From Heteronotia binoei (Eukaryota), in assembly GCF_032191835.1 (NCBI RefSeq), contig NC_083227.1, positions 39,928,001 through 39,992,000 of the forward strand: DNA of 64,000 nucleotides. Reading direction: 5' to 3'. Under the pieces are notes generated by a model. It worked only from the letters and a program-made list of their open reading frames with translations. It had not been told where the DNA came from and did not search any database. Positions 12,770 to 25,437 of this stretch are shown one piece after another. Both the position numbers and the translations under genes were made by a program. How positions within the stretch are numbered: the stretch's first letter is position 1; the number at the start of each line of letters is the position of its first letter.

Positions 12770-13300
12770 GCTGCAGGCGAGAGGGTCCATCACGGCCCCA
12801 TCGCAAAAAACAGTCTCCGGAGTGGTCCTTTTCGAGACCCTCCGAGGTTGCCTCGACAACCGTGGCGGATGGGTCCGCAGCCGCTAGGGTTGCCATGGTT
12901 CCTGCATCCTCCCGGTTGCCATGGCGATCCCCGTGCCTCTCCCGCCCCCGCCACGTTCACACGGCCCCCTTCGTGGCGCCCCCATCTCACCGGCTCAGTC
13001 ACCTCAGTTTCGGTGACAGTCGCTGTGGCTCCCACGCTGGCTGTTGACTCGGCCATGCTCAAGCCCCCGCTCGCCGTGGCGCCGGTTGCAGGAGGGAGGG
13101 ATATTCGGAGAGCCCCGTCACGGAGCTCACCCAAACCCGCCCCGGCCTCAGGGACTCTATTGGAAGCGCTTCAGCCACACCTTCCGCCGCCTCCCTTCCT
13201 GCTTCTTCTGCCCTCGCCTGGGCAGCACTCTATTCCAGCCTCCTTCCGGTGCCGCTTCTTCCTATTTCCGGTGCGCGTCCCTTAAATTAAAATGTCCCCC
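12770..13300 (-). promoter_or_regulatory. CpG-island promoter of PPP1R11
   Basis: CpG-rich block spanning exon 1; tandem ETS/GABP-like ttccgg motifs at 13243-13249 and 13265-13271. Confidence 0.7.
12991..13056 (-). CDS. PPP1R11: PPP1R11 coding exon 1
   Basis: ATG at 13056-13054; MAESTASVGATATVTETEVTEP then donor gtgag; joins exon 2 in phase 0; resembles the known MAE...TVTETTVTVTTEP N-terminus. Confidence 0.95.
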
Positions 13301-13649
13301 ATTTGGACTTCAGTCACTTCTGCCATACTCAAAAAGATGTTTGCGGGAGCTACGTATTGGAACAGTTCCCTACCCCCACTATTTAATTCAATTTCGACAG
13401 TCTTAAGACAGAAATATAAAAAGTTCTTCCCGGGCCCTAGAACAATGCAAATATTCTACGTCTTTGTCACATACGATGCATGTTACAGCCAGGGCTGGTT
13501 CAAACAGAGTAATTTGTTGAACCAAGTACAAATTCCATTGCCAACCTTTCTTACACGTGAAGTTTTTAGGGGTGGGAAAGACGCTCCAGCAGTGGTTGCT
13601 TCTTCAGTGCCTCAACTGCCAGAGTGAAATCATGTTGGGGTTTGTCAGC

Positions 13650-13812
13650 TCTAGGTTGGGAAATTCCTAGAGATTTGAAGGTGGAACTTGAGGGAAGGGG
13701 TTTAAAAGGATGCCATAGTACAGATCCCACCCTCCAAAGTTGCCATTTTCTCCAGGGAAAGTCACTTGGAGATCAACTGTAATACCAGAAGTCCATGCTC
13801 CACCTGGAAGTT
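13650..13812. mobile_element. agggttgcca-family MITE fragment
   Basis: gggaaattcctagagatttg...ttgccattttctccaggg...ccacctggaagttg; related copies at 23996, 30168, 58101. Confidence 0.55.
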
Positions 13813-14780
13813 GAAAAAAATTTACCACCACACAGTTATAGTGACCAAATAACGAATTAATGTCAAGGTATAACAATAACAAAAATTAGGAGTCCCGATG
13901 TGCAGGGGGTCAACTTGAACTTCCTGCTTCATTCACACTTCATGCAAGGGGTGCTCCATACATGTTAATTTCAAAAAGTCCAGTTCAAACCAAAATCAAT
14001 ACAGGTATTCACACAGCGATCAGTGACTGCAAAATAATAGATTTTTCATAAGGACACGAAGTGTTTCCAAAACATTCTTCAAAGACAGGCACTACACTCA
14101 ATAAGGCTCAATGGCCATATTGAATGTTGTGTGAATACCTATACTGATTTTGGTCTGAACTGGACTTTTTGAAATTTAACATGTACGGATCACCCTTTGC
14201 ATGTGAAGAGGGACCCCTGAATAATTATGAACACCCCTATAATAAATGAAAATATGGTTTTTGTGCCTTCAGAAGAGTGTCTGATGCAATATTTGAAGCA
14301 GCTGTAACTGTTAAAGAGGCCACACAGCCCAAAATGGGTGTGAATGCAAAGGTTGTGGAGTAAATAAGAGGCCCCTCTGAGGAAGCTCCTTGTTAAAACT
14401 GATAAACGCATGAAGGCAGAGGGACTGTGGAAATTACTGGAAGGAAAGGAGGTGGAGCATTTGAATAGATAAGGCTGGTGGGCTTGTCTGCTTGTTTTGG
14501 GGGATGAATAAAAATGGTCAGAAGGCTGATGATTTTAACTTAAGTCATTTTGGGCTTATGCCGACAAGTTCTACTTTGATGTCAAAGTAAAATACCTCAT
14601 TTCAAACCAAGCAACGTGTGGGGCTTCGTTATTTTCCTGCTACACATGAAGTGTGAACTGAAGCAGGAAGTTCAAGTCGACCCTCTTCACATCGGGACTC
14701 CTAATTTTTGTTATTGTTATACCTTGACATTATTAATTCGTTATTTGGTCACTATAACCCTGTGGTTGTATATTTTTTTC
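13813..14780. mobile_element. Foldback element with ~130-bp terminal inverted repeats and an internal inverted repeat
   Basis: 13813-13944 matches the reverse complement of 14643-14780; inner arms 13938-14015 and 14128-14207. No ORF, no clear TSD. Confidence 0.7.
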
Positions 14781-16612
14781 AGTCCATGAGTGACCTCTCT
14801 CCTTATCTAGCCACCTGGAAGTTGGCAATACTAAACCACGTGTATTAATATTTGTCCTTACATTTCTATCTTGATAGCAGTTTGGAGGATGTTGTAAGTT
14901 ATTGGCATACCAGTCAAACGTGGTTAGATATGTGAATCCAAGAATGCCACTGTCCAAGTGGCAGTTTGTGTCATTTGTCAGCACCACCGGGCACATGCCA
15001 CTTAGCTTGGTAGCAGCAAACCTACCAGCACAGCTTCTCCTACTGACTACTTGTTATAAGTGCAGACATCGCCAAGCAGGAATGTAAATCGGCATCAGTG
15101 ACAAAAGTGGATAAGGCAGCCCTATCACCAACATGCAGCTCCCCCCCAATATATGCCAGCAGCCAGGATAAAAGCCAAAGAATAATTAAATACATTACAA
15201 TTTTTTAAAGTGAATTATTTCATAAGAGTTACCTAGTTTGTTTTTGTAACTTACAGTAATAAATTCACATTCTGGCATTCTAATAAAAGGTATTTCTTTA
15301 CAAACAGTTGAACAAGTATTCAAACCTTTCTGAGAAATCCAAAGGCCATTCCCACGTTTCAAGCCCAGTTCTCTCATCCCTCCCCTAAAATCCAAAAAAT
15401 TCTTTCTGGAGAGTAAGCCCTGCTGAATAGACCAGAGTAAGATTCTGGGTAGCTATGATTAGGATCACACTCTAAACATGGCAGCTGACACTTCTGAAAT
15501 GCATCACCTAAGATTTTTCTCTTTTAATTAAGGTGAATTTGGCTAGGTGATTTACATAGAAAATAGCAGCTGGCACTGGGAACCTGCTGCAGCATTTCTA
15601 CAATTTGCAACTGCCCGACTCTTAGAGGAAAGCTAAAAGATCAGTGTTTGTCTCTGATCTCTCATTCATTGCATTTAATTTAGACCTCTGAAACCAGCTT
15701 TAACACAATCGCTCTCAATTTAGCCCACCTCCCAAAGTTTCTGTGAAAAATGGAAGACACTCACGTATACCTTGGAAAACAACATAACTGACTGCAGTTA
15801 GAGGGTATATGTCATTACAGAACCATGGTTCTTGAAGTCTTTTGCAATCCTCTGCACATCAAGGCGAGAACTAAAGTTGGCCCATAAAGGCTACCAGTTA
15901 GCCCTTCCTCCCTGATTGAACAGCAACTGCAGCCCCACATGGAAACAGTGAATGGAGGAGTGTGAATTAACCTTCACCTTGCAGCAGGATAAAAGCTAAA
16001 AAGGGAAAGGTGTGAGTGGCTGCTATGCAAGGAGCTGCATGGCTCTCCTACCCTCGTGGAACAAGCCTCAAACCAGGATCAGGTCACAGGATGACAATGA
16101 AGCAACCAATAAGTTTCTATCAGCGATGGTAGGAAATAACACACAAGGTGCCTTGAGATTGGTGCTGCTATCACTGTGGTCACCAATGGGGGGATCTGCA
16201 AGAGCAGAACACATACTTGGTGCTCAGCTTTGGTTTGGTAGGGTGCTATCATTAGACAGAAGTTCTAGTTTTTTCGAAGTCCCGCTGATTGTCTGCATTG
16301 GGAAATCCTATCCGTTCATATGCAAAGATGAGAGGAAAGGAATTGAGGGAGAGGAGAAGGATTTGGACTCCTTGTAAGACTTTTGCCATACAGTTCCCTT
16401 CCCATCCCTTCCTTGCTGGTCACCAATACGGCTTGCTGCAGGACAGAAATCACCATTCATGAATCATCTGGCTGATGCAAGAGGATGTTCCCACAGCACC
16501 AGTTCAGTGCTGTGTACTCAATGTACTCTCCCCCTCTGGGATCTGGAGAGTTTCTAAATCAAGAAGAGAGAGTTTGTTCAGATGTGCCCGAGGGGACGTA
16601 GGTGCTGTCTGA

Positions 16613-16637
16613 TCAAGAATCTTCCTTCTCTTGGAAT
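16613..16637 (-). CDS. POLR1H: POLR1H (ZNRD1/RPA12) last coding exon
   Basis: ttccag|A TTC CAA GAG AAG GAA GAT TCT TGA = (R)FQEKEDS*, the conserved RPA12 C-terminus. Confidence 0.95.
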
Positions 16638-17891
16638 CTGGAAGTTAAAAAATAAATAAAAACCAACAAAAATCATACACCATGCCAGTCATAGAATGCA
16701 CCAATGGCAGATATCAAGCACATAGAATCCATTAGCAAAACAGGTGGGACACAGAAGATCAGACAATTAATGAAAGTTACCGGAGGTTTAAGATTTCCTG
16801 ACAGTAATAATATCTCTTTTGACAAACAGTAACAGAAAAGAAATTTGTTTGGCTGTAACAAAAATATATGCACCCACATGGAGCTCTGGATAAGAGCCAG
16901 AATAATAGTTTTCTCTCACAAAATTCTGACTGCATTTTTGGGAACTGGTGGGGCACAAACAGTGGAAAAACAGCTGGATTTCTTCCTCCACCTGCAGTTG
17001 CATAAAACACCTGAATGTGCAAATTGAAGTTTCAAACTTCTTGAACTGATCCAGGTGGGCAGCCATGTTGGACTGAAGCAAATAGAACAAAGTTGTAGTC
17101 CAGTAGCACTTTAAGACCAACCTAAACTTAAGACTCCAACTTCTTAAAGACTTCAAGACTCCAGCTTCTTAAACACACATGGAAAGATGAAGTGTAACTA
17201 CGGCAAAGTACAGATATAAAACCTTCCAGCAGTGAGTAGAAGTACACTTATTGTATTTGTTGCAACACCTGTAAAATCTTTGCAGGACTGTGTCTGGAGA
17301 AAAAGGGACCATTTTCAGCTTTTTTAGGGGAGGGAGAGGACTTGGCAAAATGCTGGTTGGAAGTTGATTTCCCCTTTACACAGGCAGTGCAGAGAATTGT
17401 TTTGATTGGCTGGCACTTAAAGTTATTCACATAGCCAATCCTTTCTCCCATGCTGGAAGGCAGGACTTTAAACAAATAAAAAGCAAAAATAATGCTCCAA
17501 ATAAGATTTTAATTCAATGTCTTTGCAGGTGTTTTGAAAACAGAATAGAAAATGAAGTGACAGTTTGCTAGAAGCACAGGAGAGGAGTGGGCTGGGCTTT
17601 CATTCTGGAATCATGCATGAAAGTCCATAAAGGAAGAAAGCAAAGCTTCCCCCCAAACCTATTCCAGTTTCAAGACACAGCTATGCAGTCTTTCTCCCTG
17701 CCTGGGATGAACCTTGGGAGCTACTATGCACGTCCCATTTAAGAGGACAAAAAAACGGGAGAGAAGAATGGTATAAGTTCCTTCATGGCCAAGATTTCAG
17801 TTGTTCATAACAATAACAAATTCAGCAGAGAAAAAAAACAATGTATTAGTGACACCATATGGAACAACTATTAGTAGGGGCATTTCCTTAC

Positions 17892-18001
17892 CTGCAGCTG
17901 GGGCAGGTATAGAAGACTGTCTGTCCTTCATCGGCTGATCTCATCTGCCGGGTGTGATATACCATGCCTTCATGCCCACACTGGGGACAGTTCCTGTCAA
18001 G
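17892..18001 (-). CDS. POLR1H: POLR1H coding exon 3 (TFIIS-like zinc ribbon)
   Basis: 110 bp, ttttcag|CTT...AG|gtaag; [36 protein letters not shown] with the catalytic RSADEG motif. Confidence 0.97.
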
Positions 18002-18040
18002 CTGAAAAGGACAACGTTAAGCAAGGGGGGGGGGGGGAGA

Positions 18041-18332
18041 GAAAGGTCCCCTGTTCAAGCACCAGTCATTTCTGACTCTGCGGTGACGTTGCTTTCACAA
18101 TGTTTCCATGGCAGACTTTCTACTGGGTGGTTTGCCATTGCCTTCCCCAGTCATCTACACTTTCCCCCCAGCAAGCTGGGTACTCATTTTACCGACCTTG
18201 GAAGAATGGAAGGCTGAGTCAACCTCGAGTTGGCTACCTGAAAACCCAGCTACTGTCGGGGACTGAACTCAGGTTGTGAGCAGAGTTTAGGACTGCAGTA
18301 CTGCAGCTTTAACACTCTGTGCCACAAGGCTC
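18041..18332 (-). mobile_element. Sauria SINE
   Basis: Reverse complement of gtggcacagagtgttaaagctgcagtactgcagtcc...gggactacc; matches 22041-22336 and 32368-32660. Confidence 0.85.
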
Positions 18333-18469
18333 TTAAGTTATGCAAAGGGGAATCCCTTTTCCACAGCCCTACAGTGACCTGAAACAGGTGCTGGTGTAGT
18401 AGACTGCCCAGCTGTGGGGAAGACTGGAGGGGAGAGTCTTCCAGTACAGAGGGGGAAAGAGGAAAGGTT

Positions 18470-19650
18470 AACATAAGAACATAAGAGAAGCCATGTTGGA
18501 TCAGGCCAACGGCCCATCAAGTCCAACACTCTGTGTCACACAGTGGCAAAAAATTTTATATACACACATACACTGTGGCTAATAGCCACTGATGGACCTG
18601 TGCTCCATATTTTTATCTAAACCCCTCTTGAAGGTGGCTATACTTGTGGCTGCCACCACCTCCTGTGGCAGTGAATTCCACCTGTTAATCACCCTTTGGG
18701 TGAAGTACTTCCTTTTATCCGTTTTAACCTTTCTGCTCAGCAATTTCATCGAATGCCCACGAGTTCTTGTATTGTGAGAAAGGGAGAAAAGTACTTCTTT
18801 CTCTACTTTCTCCATCCCATGCATTATCTTGTAAACCTCTATCATGTCACCCCGCAGTCGATGTTTCTCCAAGCTAAAGAGTCCCAAGCGTTTCAACCTT
18901 TCTTCATAGGGAAAGTGCTCAAGCCCTTTAATCATTCTAGTTGCCCTTCTCTGGACTTTCTCCAATGCTATAATATCCTTTTTGAGGTGCGGCGACCAGA
19001 ACTGCACACAGTACTCCAAATGAGACCGCACCATCGATTTATACAGTGGCATTATGATACTGGCTGATTTGTTTTCAATTCCCTTCCTAATAATTCCCAG
19101 CATGGCGTTGGCCTTTTTTATTGCAGACGCACACTGTCTTGACATTTTCAGTGAGTTATCTACCACGACCCCAAGATCTCTCTCTTGGTCAGTCTCTGCC
19201 AGTTCACACCCCATCAACTTGTATTTGTAGCTGGGATTCTTGGCCCCAATGTGCATTACTTTGCACTTGGCCACAATGAACTGCATCTGCCACGTTGACG
19301 CCCACTCACCCAGCCTCAACAGATCCCTTTGGAGTTCCTCACAATCCTCTCTGGTTCTCACCACCCTGAACAATTTAGTGTCATCCGCAAACTTGGCCAC
19401 TTCACTGCTCACTCCCAACTCTAAATCATTTATGAACAAGTTAAAGAGCATGGGACCCAGTACCGAGCCCTGCGGCACCCCACTGCTTACCGTCCTCCAC
19501 TGCGAAGACTGCCCATTTATACTGACTCTCTGCTTCCTATTACTAAGCCAGTTTTTGATCCACAAGAGGACCTGTCCTTTTACTCCATGACTCTCAAGTT
19601 TTCTAAGGAGCCTTTGATGAGGAACTTTATCAAAAGCTTTCTGGAAGTCT
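18470..19650 (-). mobile_element. Young 5'-truncated CR1 LINE with open RT C-terminal ORF
   Basis: 364-aa uninterrupted frame: DFQKAFDKVPH, SGVPQGSVLGP, KFADDTKL, CR1 C-terminal motifs; (TTCTTATG)n tail. Confidence 0.95.
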
Positions 19651-20016
19651 GGTTGGTTGAGTTTGAGCACCAAGACTGAAGCAACTGAGAGCCCTGTAAG
19701 GGAGGGGGTTGGAAGATTCCATCTTAAGTTTCATTTGTGGTCTGGATACAGTGAAAGTGGAAATCAAGTGCTGGCATAGTCACCTCGTGGCTCTGGGTTG
19801 CCAATGATGATGACTGCTGAGCCAAGTCAGAAACTGAGAGCTCGCTTCTAGAAGCTCTTCCATTCAGCTACAAGGTGGTGCAGGCCTCCTGCAGACCCAA
19901 ATAAGTTGAGGATCTAAACTTATTGTCTTGAGGAGAGACCTGCAAGCAGCACCCAAAATTTTTCAGCAAGAAGTTAATTTCATCTCAAAACATCTGGTTG
20001 CCTAGCTTCTCTTCCT

Positions 20017-20291
20017 GAAGAAGAGATTGAATTTATACCTTGCCCTTCACTACCCAAAGGAGTCTCAGAGCAGCTTACAATCTTCTTTCCCTTCCCCTCC
20101 TCACAACAGACACCTTGTGAGTTAAGTGGGGCTGAGAGCTCTGACAGACACTGCTATCTCGAGAACAGCTTCTGACAGTTATGATTGACCCAAGGTCACT
20201 CTAGCAGGTGCAAGTGGAGGAGTGGGGAATCAAACCCGGTTCTCCCAGATAAGAGTCCACACACTTAACCACTACACCAAACTGGCTCTCC
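20017..20291 (-). mobile_element. Squam3-type SINE
   Basis: Aligns end to end with 8793-9072. Confidence 0.8.
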
Positions 20292-21264
20292 TGATCACCA
20301 CCACCAGCAGCGCAACTATTTTTTGCAGGCAGGGAAACACAGAAGGGGCAGTGGAGGACCTAGTACCAAAGCCCACTTCTTGGTACCATCACTCTCCTCA
20401 TCTTTGCAATGCCAAAGACATGGACTTTACTACACATTTGCCACAACAACACAGGATGACTTAAATGGTAAGCCAGGCCCTATCAAAACTCAACCGCCTT
20501 GTGAATAGGAGTTCCTGGCTCCAAAGGTTATCTGTGTGGAGTGTAGAAGGTGGTGTTGTCAGGACCCCAAAAGATCTAATAAAGTAAGAGAGCCTAAAAT
20601 TTGGCATTCTGGCTTAATAGTAACGCTGCTAGGTCACAGAATAAAATAAAAGCACCACTGTGGTGCTCCAGTTTTCTGTGCTGCTGGTTGCTAGGCAACA
20701 GTGATGTTCAAGCTCTTTTGAGTGGCAGGAAATCTGAGGGTGTGGTTGCCAGGCAACACAAAAGCTGCGCCATTCTCCCATTCCATTTTCTAGGTACATT
20801 GCTAAACCAACAGAGGAACCATGCCATGATCACCCAGTTTTGTGACCTGGTGAAGGCACATTTTTCCAGTTGTTTTTGCTACTGACAACCCAGTGCAGTA
20901 CAGTGGTTAAGTGTGGGATTAGGATTAAATGCCCATAAATTTTAGGCTTTCTTTCAGCCTCTCCTACCCCACGGGGTAGAAAAATGGAATAAACATGGGA
21001 CAGGTGAATGATTTAAAGATTAGCTCAAAAGGAAAAAATAAATAGATTTCATTTTGCCACATGCTGCAGCTCTCTTGTGAGCTCCAACAAAAATTTCTAT
21101 CCTTGGGGTTTTCCCTCTCCCCCGACACAACCAGAGCCAGAACAGACTCTACCTCCACTGATAATGGATATACTTAGGATTCTACAAGTTTGGAACCCTC
21201 AAAGTTCCAAGTTCAAAAATCAAATTCTGCCTTTGGGAACAAAAAAAAATCACTTTCCTATGAG

Positions 21265-21810
21265 GAATGTCTGAAGATACTGGGACTTTTCAGTTTAGAA
21301 AAGAGACAAGTGGGTTGAGGGGCACAATAGAGGTTTATAAAATTATGTATGGAGTGGAGAAAGTGGACAAAGAGAATATTTTCTCCCTCTCCCCAAAAGA
21401 CTAGAACTCAAGGGAATCCAATGAAGTTGATGTAATAGATTCAAGAGGGACAAATGGAAATTCCTATTTACACAGTGAGTGATTACACACGGTGTAAATA
21501 AGTATTCCCATCTGTCCCTCTTGAATTAGCTGCCAGAGGTTATAGCAACAGCCAAAGGCATAAACAGCTTTAAATGGGGGTTGGATAGATTCATGGAGGA
21601 TAGGACTACCAGTGTCTACTGACCATGGCGACTAAAGGGAGTCTCTGCATTCAGAGGCACTAAACCTCTAAACCCTAGTGCTGAGAAGCAAGATCAGGGG
21701 AAGGCCTCTATGCCGTTGTTGGCCCTTCAGGGGAAATGGTTGGCCACTGTGTGAAGCAGGATGCTGGACGAGATGGATTGCTGGTCTGATCAAACAGGAC
21801 TGTTCTTATT
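21265..21810 (+). mobile_element. Older CR1 3' fragment
   Basis: ctgggacttttcagtttagaaaagagac...gaggtttataaaattatgtatggagtggagaaagtggac...ggggttggatagattcatggagga; degraded CR1 ORF2 end and 3' UTR. Confidence 0.7.
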
Positions 21811-22040
21811 TTCCCCTTATCTCCCATACAGTATGCTTAGAAAAGATACAACACAGCAACTGTATTGAAACTAAGCAGGTTCAGGTTTGTGGTCAGTACC
21901 TGCCTGGGAAACTTCCTGGAAATCCTAAGCAAGCTACTAGAGTTGCCAGAAAGAAAAGAAAAAAAAGCAGGATAGAAACACCACAAATAAATCTCAGAGA
22001 GAGGAGCCACCACCTGTTGTTAGGACCCAAGAAGAAAGCA

Positions 22041-22336
22041 AAGGTCCCATGTCCAAGCACCAGTAATTTCCGACTCTGGGGTGACGTTGCTTTCACAACA
22101 TTTTCATGGCAGACTTTTTACGGGGTTGTTTGCCATTGCCTTCCCCAGTCTTTTACACTTTCCCCCCAGCAAGCTAGGTACTCATTTACCGACCTCGGAA
22201 GGATGGAAGGCTGAGTCAACCTTGGGCCAGCTACCTGAATCCAGCTTCCGCCGGAATCGAACTGAGGTCGTAAGCAGAGAGTTCAGACCACAGTACTTGC
22301 AGTACTGCTGCTTTACCACTCTGCACCACGGGGCCG
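22041..22336 (-). mobile_element. Sauria SINE with 13-bp TSD
   Basis: Flanked by ttaggacccaaga at 22020-22032 and 22338-22350. Confidence 0.88.
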
Positions 22337-22564
22337 CTTAGGACCCAAGAGTCACATACAAAATCCTAAATCCAAGAATTAGATTGTAAATATCTCAAAT
22401 CTGTATTTTTAAAATTTGCATCTACAGTCCACAGATTTACTTTTCAGTAATAAGGTACCAGGCAACTACAAGTTAAGTCTATAAGCTAGGAAACAGAGAA
22501 CAACCTAAGTTAGATGACACTACCAGCAAGACGGTCACTTCTTATAACTTCCCCCACTACTCAC

Positions 22565-22665
22565 CAAGGGGCCTTTGATCTCGTTCGCCTCATCCATTTT
22601 CCTTTCAGACGTGGCATCTATAGTACTGAATTTGATGGATGTGTGGATCTCTCTCCCTTCAAATT
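22565..22665 (-). CDS. POLR1H: POLR1H coding exon 2
   Basis: 101 bp, ggacag|AA TTT GAA GGG...CCC TTG|gtgagt; (E)FEGREIHTSIKFSTIDATSERKMDEANEIKGPL, compatible phases with exons 1 and 3. Not in the ORF track. Confidence 0.93.
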
Positions 22666-23337
22666 CTGTCCAACAACAAAACATTACAACTAATAAAGAA
22701 CAGAACCCATATATTTAGGTATCTTAAGTTCTGCTCCTCCACAAAACATTATTTGCAAGTTGGGACCTGAAAGAAATTACAGAGGAATAGAGCACTGCAA
22801 TTTCCACCTGATCTTTTCCTCCAACCCTTAAGAACTTGAGCAGGCCAACTTCTTCATCTCTCTCTGTTTTTGCCCCCTCCGTAATCTAAACTGCTCTCAA
22901 CATCCCAGGCTTCCTAGAGTTTGCTCAACAGAACACCCCTGTGCCACTATGGTGCCACTGTGGTGTAGGATTTCAGAGTGGGATCTTGTTCAAATCCCCA
23001 CTTTGCCATGGAAACTCAGTGGACGAACTTGGGCTGGTTGATCTCTCTCCTCCTAACCTATCCAATAGGATTGTTGCCATGAGAATAAAATGGAGGGAGG
23101 AGGGGGGGACTTCTGTCTCTCTGGTTCCCTACCAGCAAGAAAGGTGGAGGTATCAATATCTAAATAACCATGCCCAAAATTTTATATACACCTGAAACAA
23201 TCCAGAGACTACCCCACTGGTTGTGAATATTTAATTGTGGGAGGGGCTGAAATGCACAGAAGGAAACAATACCGATTGTTGTCCCCGTCTGTCTGGGATC
23301 TCGACCAAATAACTGGGGAAAATCCTAAAGCACTCAC

Positions 23338-23467
23338 CCATGATATCAATGGAGAAGGAACAACAGAGACACGTAACCTTATCTTGGATCCCAGGCAAAG
23401 GCAGAACTGTACCACAATCAGGGCAGAAATCAACTTCAGACTGAAAATGAGAAGTATTCTGCTCCAT
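23338..23467 (-). CDS. POLR1H: POLR1H coding exon 1 (N-terminal zinc ribbon)
   Basis: ATG at 23467-23465; MEQNTSHFQSEVDFCPDCGTVLPLPGIQDKVTCLCCSFSIDIM + G|gtgagt. The four exons sum to 366 nt = 121 aa + stop. Confidence 0.95.
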
Positions 23468-23995
23468 AATTACAACTGAAATTGGATGCTGCAACAAAAG
23501 AACAAATGCAAACAACAATTATAAACTTGCAGTCAATTATGGAGAAATCACTTGACATGGCTATAGGAGTAACAGTGTCAGGAGCTGTATCTGATATATT
23601 ATTTCTCTTGAATCTTTTTCAGCTCCTCTGTTTTCAATTAATTCACTGTACCACTACAAGTAACAAAAGACACTAACACACATTCAAACTGAAAACAGAT
23701 TTTGCCAGGGAAGTCATCACAGCAAGTATTATGAGGAAGCACAATCAGGATCAACCAGCAGAACCCTGCTGTGGTCAGGATGAAGTTATAAAGTATGGCA
23801 AGCAGAGAGAAGACCACAAACTGAGAACCTGGGATTCAATGTAATTCACTACCTTATTACTAGCCCCTAATAATGGCCAAAGGTTCGAGGGCCAGCCATT
23901 GCCTCTCCAATTTAAAAGAATCAGAAAACAGGAGACATGGAAGATCTCTAGCTAAGAAAATACTTACCCTGATAGGCCAATGGGCTGACTCAGCA

Positions 23996-24470
23996 GGGTT
24001 GCCAGGTCTGACTAAGGATATAACTGGAGACTTTGGGGGTGGAGCCAGGAGCAAGGTTGTGACAAGTCTGATTGAATTCCAAAGGTGGTTGTGGTCACCA
24101 CGTTTAAAGTGACCATGCTTCTTTTAAACATCTTCCCTCCATTGGAAATAATGAAGAAATGGGAGTACCTTTGGGGGCTCATAGAATTGGACTCCCTGAT
24201 CCAATCTTTTTGAAACTTGAGAGGATTTTTTTGGGGGGAGGAAAGGCACTAGATGCTATGCTGAAAATTTGGTGCATATACCTCAAAAAACAGCCCCCCC
24301 CCAGACCCACGGATCAATTCTCCATTATATTCTATGAGAACCAGTCTCCATAGGGAATGGGAGTACTCAGCAGACATCCCTCCCCACCACAACTTTTTGC
24401 CAACCCTGGGGCAGGGGGAGGACCTCCAAACCAGGGGATCCCCTGCCCCCAACTGGGGATTGGCGGCATC
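23996..24470. mobile_element. agggttgcca-family MITE
   Basis: cagggttgccaggtc...ggggattggcggcatccct ends; internal sequence shared (inverted) with 58101-58610. Confidence 0.7.
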
Positions 24471-24894
24471 CCTATGACTCAATATAAGGCAGGTCTCTGT
24501 TAACATCATTTACTGTCATTTTTACAGAAACATTCAATAACTTCCCACCCACTTCCGAATTTTCCTAGTTCCCACAGTTCTACATTTAGCCTAGCTAAGC
24601 AGGCTGCTGCTGTCAGACTGACACTTATTTAAGGCGGGGGTGGAATCAGGTACACAAAATGATAAGCAACCCACTGCAGGATCTTTCTCGCACTTTGCAT
24701 CTTCAGAGTTCATTCTAAATAGGGTTTAGCTAACAGTACTCTGAACAGATCTCAAAATATTTTGGTCATGCTGGACCAAAAGCTTCGACAGTAAAGTTAC
24801 TCCCGGTGCATGCTGAGTGCAAAGAAAAGAGTTCTGTAACTGCAGCTTCTTCCACCACACTGAAGCCTTGCGCCCTCCGCCCCGCAAGTATCAC

Positions 24895-25437
24895 CAGGGC
24901 CGATCCTGCCGCTAGGCAAACTAGGCGGTTGCTTAGGTCGCCGGGAGGCAGAGGGCGGCAAATTGGCCACCTCCCCGGCGCCCCAGGCAAGTACTTAGTT
25001 TGCCTTCCTCTGCCGGCGCCGCCGAACTCGACTTGCTCTCCCTCCTCCCGCGCCGCTTGCCAAACTAAGGCTTCCTCGCAGCCCGCGCCTGCGCATTTTG
25101 TTGAGTCAAAAAGCGCAGACGCGGGCTGTGAGGAGGCCTTAGTTTGGTGAGCGGCGCGGGAGGGAGAGCGAGTCGAGCTCGGCGGCGGCCGGCCTGAGGG
25201 GGCCAGCAGCGGCCGCGAGGACGCCCAGCATACCAGCTCCGAGGTCTGTGTGTATTTTGAAGAGACCTCCGCAGGAAATTTCGCTTCCTCCGGAGGTCTC
25301 TTCAAAACACGCCCAGACCTCCGACCGGTATGGCTAGGCCTCCTCGCCGCAAGCGGGGGGGAGGGAGGGAGTAGGCGGCAGGCGCAGGGAATCAGAGGCG
25401 GCCGCAGCTGTGCTGCCTAGGGCTCGGGCCGGGCCTA
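24895..25437. mobile_element. GC/CpG-rich hAT-type MITE with internal palindrome in POLR1H intron 1
   Basis: Perfect 8-bp TSD agtatcac (24887-24894, 25438-25445); imperfect TIRs cagggccgatcc / gggccgggccta; ~190-bp internal inverted repeat 25005-25200. Confidence 0.8.

Noticed and set aside
13057-13134. N-terminal extension of PPP1R11 suggested by ORF 12790-13134
   Set aside because: That ORF starts at TTG (13134), not ATG; homology begins at ATG 13056.
21678-22341. 178-aa and 86-aa ORFs
   Set aside because: They run through a CR1 3' UTR and an antisense Sauria SINE; no protein family signal.
24766-25305. 179-aa and 114-aa ORFs with repeated peptide segments
   Set aside because: A by-product of the GC-rich palindromic MITE; the repeats arise from the inverted arms.
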